Assembly: GCF_031769215.1 (NCBI RefSeq)
Contig: NW_026782274.1
Span: 558,001-622,000 of the forward strand
Reading direction: 5' to 3'
Source of the DNA: Ylistrum balloti
Lineage: Eukaryota
DNA: 64,000 bases
Below the pieces are notes generated by a model that ran no database searches, had not been told where the DNA came from, and saw only the letters and a list, made by a program, of their open reading frames with translations. This document shows positions 51,101 to 61,897 of the stretch, piece by piece (position 1 is the stretch's first letter; the number at the start of each line of letters is the position of its first letter). The position numbers and the translations under genes are program-made.

Positions 51101-54100
51101 ATAAATATTAATATCAAACACCCCATTTTAAGGCTGGGTGTAATAACAGTGAATCCAGTTATAGCAAGATAAATGAATATCACTCTTTTCCATTAATTTT
51201 CTTTGTATTTGCATAGGGATTTTATCTGTAGTAGTAACATTCAAATAAAGGGGAGAAAACTCCTCAACACACCTGATCATGGCTTGAGACATTTCCTCTG
51301 TTTGAGCAGGAACAGAGCCAGCCCTGGGAGCAGGATCAGAGTCGAAGATAACTTGTGCAAAGGGATGTTTCCATAACTGTAAAACAGAGGAGAGATCAAG
51401 ATTATAACAAAATCATTATTATGCCTGTTGCATATGTAGATTAACACAGCTGAAGTATATCAACCACTAAAAGTTTTAAATCAAACACTCTATTTAGTAT
51501 ATTCATTTACTTTAATTGAAGTAAAATCTCACTCAAACTATAAGGATGTAGGTTAACTTACCATAAAGTCTGGGTACATTGGTAAAATGTCCACAGGAAC
51601 CACACCTGGTTTACTGTAGTGTTTTGTAATCTGAAACAAATACAAATCAAAGGTAATAACATATACCACACAAAGTGTCAAAAATCAATTTCTCTGATAT
51701 GTTGTAGAGTTAATGAACACAACCCCCCCACCCAAAAAAAAAAAAAAAAACATAGATTTTTTTTGATCACTTTGAATTTCCTCACTCCCATCCTAGACCT
51801 CACAATGTAGGTCAGTGTCATCACAGACCAGTCCTATATTTGGTTCTACTGTGTCTAACTGTAAAAAATTAGCATTGAGTTGTTTGTCTTTTAAACAATC
51901 CTCCATATATTTTAATGTTTTATACAATATTTTATCACTCTTTGTTTTCTATCTCTAGAATCACTATTTTGTAATACAAAGGTGGCAACATTTACATTAA
52001 TTTTGTCTTCATCAAATACAATTTACATTAATTAGCACCTTTACCTGTACACAAAAATATACTTCATGACATTGCAGAAGTGGATCAGAGTGAAGTCTCC
52101 CTATGAAGATTTACATAGTAAACACAAATTCTATCTTTTGCAGTCTTCTATATAGCAAAGATATCACATACCGGTTCTTTGGCTTTAGCAAATGTTTTCT
52201 CAATGGCTGCAATCTGGCTATCTCGGTCCTTGTACACATCTTCATCCTTCATAATCTGTTTTATCTTGAAACCCACTCTATAATTAGATAAACCATTGGT
52301 CAGGTCACCTTAGTTTTTTCAGGAAATCGTAAGCTGACCACCTCATTTGTCAGTTCAATGGTCAACTGATATCTCACCTTTTTAAGTTGTTAGTTACCTG
52401 TCTAATCGCACAGTAATACCAGTATTCTTCTCAATGACTTTTTACAGGTATGGTTTCCAGTAAATACTTACAAGTGAAATGTTCATATAATGGTTGTAAA
52501 TTATGTAGGAGTTTAAGACTTGATACAACTCTATCAAACAAGTGGCCTATAACACTGGTTTTTATGAGTGATACGTAGACTTACTTTCGTTCAGAGTTAT
52601 CCGACTTCTGTGTGAATCTGTTGTATTCTGTGGAGATGTATTCTGTTTTCCGAAGCCATGACACATTCGCATTGTGATGTCTAGATCTGTAATAAGACAG
52701 ACAGAATTCAAGATACCAGTCACTTTTAATGACCCTGTACACAAAGGTTTTTAAAATTTCCTTTCCTTAACAGAGATAAGGGGTGGGAGATATTAGATAT
52801 ATGTGCTGTATGGATGTAATGAATAACATTTTACCAAAGAGCAACAGGTGACAAAGTTTAAATATCAGTACCTTTTAGAATCAGCAGGTGTATTCAGATC
52901 TTCTTCCAAAAGTCGCTCATCTTCTGGGTCCTTGTAGTCTGTAAAACAGAATAAATGTGTCTTAATATTTCCATATCAAATATCAAAAGAGTGACATTCA
53001 TAAAACTATAAATACAATGGAATCCATGTTGACTTGATGTTTTTGTCACAACTTGGATATGTACTGCTTTGCCTTTGAGAAACAATTCATTAAAATCAGT
53101 AAGAACAATGCATAAGACATGTGCAGCTATAAGTAGAACAGCAATTTTATAATTGTTTCATGTGTTATATACCAGCTGTATTAAGCCAAGTGACCTCAAA
53201 GTCAAGGTGTAAGTTTATTGAATATTGATGAAATAACTTTTCTAAAAATTTGGTTGAGTTTATTGAACAATAAGAACAAGGTTCAAATTACTTGATGTTA
53301 GACAACAAAATATAGTTGTGTTCCAGTGTTCATTATCTGCAGTTTTCATGGCCATTCGTAACACTTCATTATTCTCTCAAATCATATTTTACACTCTGAT
53401 TAGAATAAATACAAATAGCCTGAACATCGTCAATCAAAAGTCAAGTTCTACTACGACATCATCACATATTATAAATCAGTCACATGTAAAGTGACAAAGA
53501 TTTCTAATATTGCATAAAAAGATAATCTGAACAAAAATCCAAGAATCAGTAACAATAACTTCAAAACAAAACTAGTGATATCTTTTATGTCAATTTTCTA
53601 TTTTAACTTCCTTTTATAACTATAACCAACATTAACAATAAACAATGAACATGATTTACCCGGATCTTCCTCTGAAAATTCAGAAAAATAAAAACTGTCA
53701 TAGAATTGAAATATGAGATTTACAATTCAACATGCATCACACATAAATTAAATCTGCACGATATCATTGTCAGTGAGTTTATATAGACTTCTGAATATTT
53801 CATTGTATGAACATTTCTCATTATTTGATTTTCAGGTTTAAATCTAATCTGTATATTGACTAATTTGACCATTGGCTTAAAGTCTGAAATAAACTACATT
53901 TTTTTTTAAATTCAAATATTGAGCTTTTCAAATTGTTTAACTTCATCCCTACTATAGAGAAATGTTTTAACCTCCATCTTTATGTGAACAATGAACAAAG
54001 TTGATTTATGATTTAACAACTTGTGATCAAGATATAGTGAGTTCATAATATTGTGAAAACATAAACCTTTGAACAAGTAGAACATTTTATTATTTCTAGG

Positions 54101-56011
54101 TTTCCTTTGTCAACAGAATTAACTTGCTGACAGGATTACCTTCCCTTGCTGACTCTGCCTAGATTTCCTTAACAAATAGCTAAGTGCTCTTTACATATTT
54201 ATACAAGTATGAAATTAGCCAAACAATATTTATATTCAATTAGGCCTGAGAAATTTATTTTTTTTAATCTAATAATGTTGAGCTGAAAACAAAACTGTCA
54301 ACAAAATGTTTTGAATTCATATACAAACAAACAATTCAGGAAACACATAAATAACAGGTTGATACTTGCTTCTTTTTTTCTCCACTGCAAATGAAAAACT
54401 ATTTTTTTCATAACAACCCTTAATTCTGGATTACACAAGCAATTTACAAGCTCATACATACATAAAAGTAATAAGAAATAATACCTTGTAACAAACATGT
54501 TTCTGATAATGTTATTGATACATAACCATTAATGTTAATAATCTAATGCAAACTTTGCATCTGCTATGGGATGACTGTTTAAGTCACATACTATGTAAAT
54601 GGCTAACTGCATGTATCCTGAATTAAGTCTTTTTCTTACTGGTAGAGAACAATATTACTACAGTATCCTCAATATTGGTTTTAATTTTCAGGTGACAGTA
54701 AATATCTCTGACATTTAATATAACCTGAAATGAAAACTGAGACCGAAAGTGAAAATCGGATCATGCATTTATATAATAAAATCTTTGTTATGAAAGAAAT
54801 TCTATGTCTAAATTGTGCCAACTAGCTAAGCGGAAGGAATTTACATTTCTGTTTAAGTCACAACTCTTTCTATAATTTTACGAATAATATGGTTTGATAT
54901 AGTTAGAAATTCAGCATCTTGACTGGTAAACAAACCTGTTGGGTCGATTTTGTACGTGTCAGGGTTGATAAGATCAATAGTAACACCAAGGTCATGCTCT
55001 GTAAGGAGATCATACTTGTAGGTTCTTTCCAGTGATGTTGGTTTGTAATTTATAAACCTGTGAAAGTTAAAAACAGAGAAATAAAATAAAAGGTCAGCCA
55101 TACATGTGATTCACTAATACAACACTTGCACTAATGTTCAACTGAATCATTTAGAAAAGTAACATTGTATTTCGCTCCAAATTTATTTTCTTTCAAAGAA
55201 CTAATCTGATGGCAGCATAACAAACTCCTCTTAAATTGTATTCACTTAAAAAAATCTTCTGATCTGTGAAACAAACTGATACTGCTTCCTTTGTGTATGG
55301 TATCTTACATGGGTACTGTAAATAATCAGCTTTCTACAAACCTGTTAGTCTCAAAGGGATATGTAATAAACTTTGGATCAAACGGAATATCAGGCAATGT
55401 GTTGTTGTACTTCACTCGACACACCAATTCAGATCTGAAATAGAAAAAAAATCTTCCTTTTTTCACTATTTACTAAGCATGTAATTGACCGATATTTTGA
55501 ACTATGGCAGCAGCCGGTTTATAATAAAGAAATAATTATGGTCCTACCCCTATTATGGCATTATATATATCGTAGAAGTATACATATATATACTGCGATA
55601 GGAGCATTACATATGACAATATTTGATAAAAGCGATTCCCTGTAAACAAGAACATGAAACAGCATCTTCGAAATAGGAAATGTCATAGTGAGGTAAATTC
55701 ATTCGCAATAGGTTTATGCATTTAAAACACAGGGGCACGTTACAAAAACAATGTGTGTAAAATCGTATGGAACCTTTACACAAGCATACAATTAGATAAC
55801 GATCAATTTGATTTTATCGTCATTAAGGAATGCCCATATGCAATAACAATAAGCTGATAAAATTCGCAAGCAGCATAGCAAATCCTACTCGAACAACACC
55901 CGGTTTATCATGATAATGGACGAAACGTTATTATTTGACAATTCACCTTCTTTCTCCAGACCCTCTCTTCCGATCTCGGTCATGCGAAGGCTTCTGAACC
56001 GTTGGTGGCAT
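48149..56011 (-). CDS. PAF1: RNA polymerase II-associated factor 1 (482 aa; 486 aa with the candidate microexon)
   Basis: Exons (minus): 56011-55947, 55434-55342, 55057-54936, [53671-53660 optional], 52938-52872, 52686-52585, 52277-52172, 51630-51562, 51376-51273, 50352-50236, 49992-49867, 49434-49332, 48942-48867, 48447-48149. Translation includes [75 protein letters not shown] and GYEETYFF. Confidence 0.97.
50720..51050 (-). mobile_element. HINE-like element in a PAF1 intron
   Basis: Reverse-complement 3' hairpin AACCAAGAGCATCAGTGAAACTGATG..CTCCC, internal AAGGGCAATAACTCT, and a GACA-type microsatellite near the other end. Confidence 0.55.
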
Positions 56012-56071
56012 CTTTATCCACTAGTTTTTTGTGAGCAGCGATCGCATGTCACGAACCCAAACCGAAAGAAG

Positions 56072-56100
56072 ACCGGAAGTAGTAATGTTGCACATGCGCA
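56072..56100. promoter_or_regulatory. PAF1 proximal promoter motifs (ETS ACCGGAAGT; NRF1-like TGCACATGCGCA)
   Basis: Motifs at 56072-56080 and 56089-56100, 60-90 nt upstream of the PAF1 ATG, in a CpG-enriched patch. Confidence 0.55.
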
Positions 56101-56209
56101 CAGTTACTGCGTCGAGGTACAACTAATAACCGGAACGTATTGTAAAGGTGACGGAAATATAGAAAAGATTAAAAAGTTTCAGATAATGAATTACCGAAAA
56201 TAACGTAGA

Positions 56210-57330
56210 AGTTTATACATCCTCCCTTACTGTATATTTCCGTGAAAAATATATTTTTCTACCTTACGCTATACAATAAATGGTTGTTCTGTATAAATTA
56301 TCTTCCTTGCACATATTGCAAGGAACAAATCACTGATTTTACCTATTATGCCAAAATGTTAAAATTTATACAGTTCGTGTACTCAGGGACGTCACTATCT
56401 GATTTCACATCATTCAATGTACTTGAACTATAAGTATAGTTATTTCCCTAACATCAATAAATTAAGATTATTGAAATCATCTTCCTTACGTTATATACAT
56501 TCGTTTATCTGAAATAATCTTGTTTACAGTAGTGCATATTTACCTGTGATAAGTATGAATTATATTTCTAATACTGTGTATCATAGAGTATAAGAGTTAT
56601 CTTCATTATATAGTATATTTGCGACGAGTGCAAGTTATCTCCCTTATACAGTATCATTATCTCTTTTAGTAAGTTTTCTTGATTACATTGTATATGTACG
56701 AGTTGAAGTTATCTCATTTTAATTACCTGTTGACACTTAGAGGTGCAAGCCCTCTTTTTTTTTAGTTTATTTCTGACAAGGGTAAGTCCTCTTCTGTACT
56801 CGGTAATCCTGTGATAAATTATCTCCCTTACACAGTATACATAAAAGGAAATTTCTTAAATATATCGAAATGATTTATGTAAGCTAAAGGCATACTCTAT
56901 CCACACATAACATAATTTATGTGAGTTAACTTGCCCAAATACATGGAAGGAATCCACTGATGAAAGATATCTCCATTACTTTGGTATACGCCATAACTGC
57001 ATTTTGTCTTCGTCATACATTCAGTCTTTAATTCATGTCAATGATTTCCCTTACATTGTATAGATTATCTCCCTTGCACAGTACATTTGATGATTAAATT
57101 ATCCTACTCGTTCAACATTATACATGTTGATGTTTTGTTATTTCTCTTATATAAAAATTATAAAAGTTATCTCCCTTACAAAGTGTATCTGATACATCAA
57201 TGCAAGTTATTTACTTATATTTTATATATACTTTCAAAGTTCTTGTGTACCTTATACATGTATTTGATGCAAGTTATCTCCCCTCTGCATTTTCTGTGTT
57301 ATAAATGAGTGTTTTGTCCCTTGCAGTGTG
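56210..57330. repeat. Degenerate minisatellite-like cluster of the AGTTATCTCCCTTAC motif (more than 15 copies)
   Basis: Recurrent TTATCTCCCTT variants, e.g. at about 56635, 56819, 57065, 57167 and 57275, with irregular spacing. Confidence 0.65.
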
Positions 57331-57640
57331 CCATTTAAATCTGAAATATGGTGTTACGAAAAAATTGCAGCCAAAACCTTTAATATGTAATATTTTCTCA
57401 TTAAAGTATTAATTCTATTATAGTTCAAGGTATATCATATACACAATATTGTTAGATATTTTCATGATACAGTAAGCTGACACAATTTTCAGAAGCAAAT
57501 TTATAGAAAAACAAAGAGATGTTATAGGTGCCCACCATTCCTTGATCTTTATTTGTACTTTGGATTTTTCTACTTCTTTTCTCTTCTCTTCTGCTCCAAA
57601 TGATATGAAATTTGAACATTAATCCTTTGCAGAAATAGCA

Positions 57641-58128
57641 ATAACTAGAACTGTCACCAGGATGGCCAACTAATACCCTATGCTCCCCAATCAACAATAG
57701 TTTTAGAGTGGTGTGCCAACAAGATTCCTCCTAGATGTCTTCATTTGGTCACCATTGCAACCAAATGGAAACAATTTTTAATTTTTTTCGAAAACAGTAT
57801 CATTGTTTTTTTGTCATCCCCCTAAACCGTTTTATAGCAATTTTCAACTGAATCAGATAGCTTAATTTTAACCAAACAGAAGCCTTCAAAGTGTTTCCAA
57901 AGTAATGGTTTTGGAACATCTTATATGTCAAATTATAGGCTTTAGAAATGCGAAAGGGCACAACTGAATTTCAAAGGAATGTAGCATGCCAAGTTTAAGA
58001 AATATTGCTTCAGTACTTTAGATACCCTTGGCACAATATACTGGACAGACAGACTGTCGGCTAGTCAGACAGTCAAACAGGGTGATTCCAATATACCCCT
58101 CCAAACATTGTTGCAGAGGGTATAATAA
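57641..58128 (-). mobile_element. HINE-like element
   Basis: Begins with the reverse-complement 3' hairpin AACTAGAACTGTCACCAGGATG..AATACCC. Ends with a GACA microsatellite and the reverse-complement 5' hairpin ATACCCCTCC..GAGGGTATAATAA. Confidence 0.6.
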
Positions 58129-58129
58129 C

Positions 58130-58442
58130 CTTAAACTGCCAAATTCAAGACCGCCGCCTGTCGGCCATTTCATTTTTCTGCTCGGTCCAAAAATCAAACA
58201 GTCATAACTAGGGATCAAGGGGAACCTATATATTAAATTTGAGCAAGATCCATGAAGTGCACTTCTCCTTGTTGAGATCTATCTTCTTTTAAAGTTTTAT
58301 GTTGATACCACTTAGTTTTTGTGTTATGCTCCAGAGAAAATTACGACAGATGTGTGGACAAACAGACAGACAGACGGACACACAGATGGAGAAATAGACG
58401 AAGCAGTGACTATATAATCTCCCTTCTGGGAGCATAAAAAAT
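58130..58442 (-). mobile_element. Second, truncated HINE-like element abutting the first
   Basis: (GACA/GACG)n microsatellite followed by CTCCCTTCTGGGAGCATAAAAA, the reverse complement of a 5' hairpin end. Confidence 0.55.
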
Positions 58443-58844
58443 CCTACATGAAAAGAAACTCATATACGAACATCACAACAACCTGCATAAACAAGAAACA
58501 TAGATGTCTATTTCCACAACTATTTAATTCACAATTACGATCACATATTGATATTGAAATACAGTGATTTCTCAAACACCAGATTACCATGATATCTTAA
58601 GTACATGACCTGGACTGCAGAGATCCTGCATCAGATAGGTTAAACAGGCTGGTAAATGTGTTGTAGTTAGCATCATTGTTGAAGAACTTAATAAAGTTAG
58701 GCTTAAATTTGCACAATGTTTAATTTGATTATGATGCACTTATTTCTGTAAGTTGTCTTCCTTGATGGTCCTCGAATACCCAGCATCAATTAACCCTTCT
58801 CTATCTGTGACACCTGTATTGCCTGGTGATTATCCATCATACAG

Positions 58845-59215
58845 CATCCGTTCACACTTCATATCATGGCGACAGCTGCTTTGCTGGTGATCATCAATCT
58901 CTCTTCCATATCACTGTGACAGCTGCTTTTCCTTGTGATCATCAATCTCTCTTCCAAATCACTGTGACAGCTGCTTTGCTGGTGATCATCAATCTCTCTT
59001 CCATATCACTGTGACAGCTGCTTTTCCTTGTGATCATCAATCTCTCTTCCATATCACTGTGACAGCTGCTTTGCTGGTGATCATTTATCTCTCCTCCATA
59101 TCATTGTGAAAGCTGCTTTGCTTGTTATCATCAATCTCCCTTTCATATCACTGTGACAGCTGCTTTTCCTTGTGATCATCAATCTCTCTTCCATACCGAT
59201 GTGAAACATGCTTTG
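58845..59215. repeat. 47/48-bp minisatellite with alternating A/B units (about 7 copies)
   Basis: A = GACAGCTGCTTTGCTGGTGATCATCAATCTCTCTTCCATATCACTGT; B carries TTTTCCTTGTGATC instead. Order is roughly A-B-A-B-A-A'-B. Confidence 0.92.
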
Positions 59216-59581
59216 CCTTATGGTCCTGTTGTAGTGATCCATCAGCAATTCAGATTGCACCATGCATTCACTGTCTCACAATGGTTCCCCTTCCATTTAT
59301 CTTTCTTTATTGAGTTGATTAACTTGGTGCACAGACCTAAACATGATCTCTGTGGAAGTCTTGCTTGGTGGGGCACATGCATTTAAATGCGTAGTGATCA
59401 TCAAACAGGCATAATTCATCTATCTTTGCTTTTTACTTGGTTGTCTTTTGGGTTCCAATATCAAGCAACCACTATGCCTCTTGCCTGGCTTATCTCCCCA
59501 GTAGACTGTTTGATGAGACAGGTGTTCCTCGGTCAGACACCATCTACTTCAATAACACTTTAGTAGGTGCTCTGTTGGTCT

Positions 59582-61237
59582 TCATGCCCTTAGCATGTCA
59601 CAAAAGTGTTCCACCATAGGGATGACTTTCCCAGATTGGGTGGGAAGATGGTATGTACACAGCATTACTCCATGGGGAAGGTTACAGATCATAAGACCAT
59701 CCCTGTTTCCACCTGATGTGGCATAGATACTGAAAACAGAAAAAAAAAGAATGCAGGAGTCATTGTTATCAATTTCAACAGAGTTCCATAACTTCTTTGC
59801 AGACGGGTCAAAATGAAAAGTCATGTACAAGGGTACAAATACATTAGGTGACGGCATTACATAAAAAATTTGAAAAGACTTGATTATAAATGAATGCATA
59901 ATAGCCAGACAAAATCAAAATGTAGAGGAAAGAACATGTAGATTCCAGAAACCTCACACAAGCTTAGTTGTGTGTATATAATAACAATAAAAATGATGCT
60001 GTTGATTGTTTCCTTAATAAGCTCATGATATAAAATTCAGATAACAAGAACTTTAACTATATCAAGCAAACAAATGTATGTACTTTTCTGTACTTGTACT
60101 GAGTGGCACAATAAATAGTATCTGAAATATGATAACAGCTGATATTACAAGCAATAATAACAAACAGGTGATGGACAGAAAAAGCACATGATTAAAAAAT
60201 AAATATGTTCTACAGAAAAGGTGACATGGGCCCATTTCATTTAAACATTCATGAAAACATATATCTTATTTGTTCTTGAAGCAAACTTCTTAATTTGTTG
60301 TGTATGAATATCAGAAATTATTACCTGCAGTGAGACCTTTTGTAGACTGTAAAATTGACTTTCTGTCTATTTTTAAACTGAATGGTAAGGGTGTCATTCT
60401 GGGTTGCCTGTTGTGATTGTATTTGTCGGAATGCCTGAACAAAATGTTTTGATTCCTCCTGCAAAATAAAAGTTTTATAGTGAATATTGTTCCTCTGGAA
60501 AATTCCTAATTATATATAGACTACAGTGCTAATGGGTCACATGAACAAGAGTATTTAGATTTTATAAGATGTATTCATTTTTTTATATAAGTATTCAAAT
60601 TTCATTTTTTAATAGTCAAAATGCAGAAGGTAATATAGACACCTGTAGCTACATTGAAGATGTAAATGGGTCAATTATGCAGTAGAAACACACACAATGT
60701 AAGTATCTAATTATGTTAACAGTGTTATCATACAAGTTAACACGGACAATCCCTTCATTGTGGCACAGTGTATCAGTCAGTACATTGTTCTTGTTTCTAT
60801 TATCTTGTTTGGTTGCTAGGTTTATTAACTCATCATCAGCCAGGATCATTTTGAGACTGGTCTCCTATAGAAAGTAAGCTGAAGAATACCTTGCTGAACC
60901 TCATACAGGAATCCCATCACATATTATCCAGAATGATCCTTTCCAAATTGCAGAGGACATAACCAAGTGATTTATCAAGCATTCTATTTGTTACAACATA
61001 TGTTGGAAAAAAGGGTGTCACACTAATTGAAAAACAGAGTAAAATGGAAACATGCAGGTTGGATGTATGCGTCTTTACCACAGTAGGGTCGATGTCAAGT
61101 TCTCCATAAGTATATGCAGGTTGACCATGTCTAGTCAAGAGGAGTACTCCACTCACTAAATTATGCCTCAACAGCTGATCTGAAACAAACCATTCGGATA
61201 CACAGTATGATATGGAATCAAAGAGGGCATGGCACAT
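59582..61237 (-). CDS. Divergent profilin-like protein (146 aa; possible 36-aa N-terminal extension)
   Basis: Exons 61237-61079, 60458-60325, 59729-59582; phase-consistent. An upstream exon in frame from an ATG at 61422 ends at 61315. Protein has profilin size and pattern: W....LL....V.GVLLL...G near the N-terminus, and SIYA...G...GLMI......LCTY..PTQ.G.....VE.FCDML at the C-terminus. Confidence 0.72.
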
Positions 61238-61897
61238 CTAACCTTTAGAATTAGTCAACTTACACAGAGACGTATATATCACGTTATATCGTGTTATATA
61301 TGTCTCTGACTTACACAAACAGCTGAGCATGTCAGCAGTGAATGATTTATGTCATGTCGATTAAAGTAATTGTTTGCTATGTGTCTCTTCAAGTAAACTT
61401 TTCTGCATAACAAACATATCATTCAGTCATATTTCAAGAGATGAATTATCTTGTCACGGTTTGGTTCAGTTTTAATTTTGACTGTCTTTGTTAGGCTTTA
61501 TGTTGTAGATGTATGGATGACAGATCCTGCAAGCTTAGAAAGATCTACCGCGATCGTGTTAAAACAAATGTATTATTGTATATCAAACAAAACAAGACAA
61601 TGAACCTTACTCACAGAATGACAGAATATCTATCACATTACACGTCCAAAACTTAGTAAAATATATCTACAATATCGTTTATCGTTTTGTACCTCTTATG
61701 AGTTGATCCCAGGTTGGAACAGAATTCATAACTGGTTTAGAAAGTTACTTTTTTCTTTACATTAAGCGTTCGAAATGTCAAGATTTTTCCACTCGGAATA
61801 CCTTTCATGTTATTATTATCATATCGGGAAACATTTCATCGACCTTGCCTTTACGTTTGGTACTCCTCGGGTTTTGACATTGGCGTAACAGTCAAAG

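Noticed and set aside
59081-59386. ORFs over the 47/48-bp repeat
   Set aside because: Alternating unit lengths shift the frame every other unit, so it is not a coding repeat.
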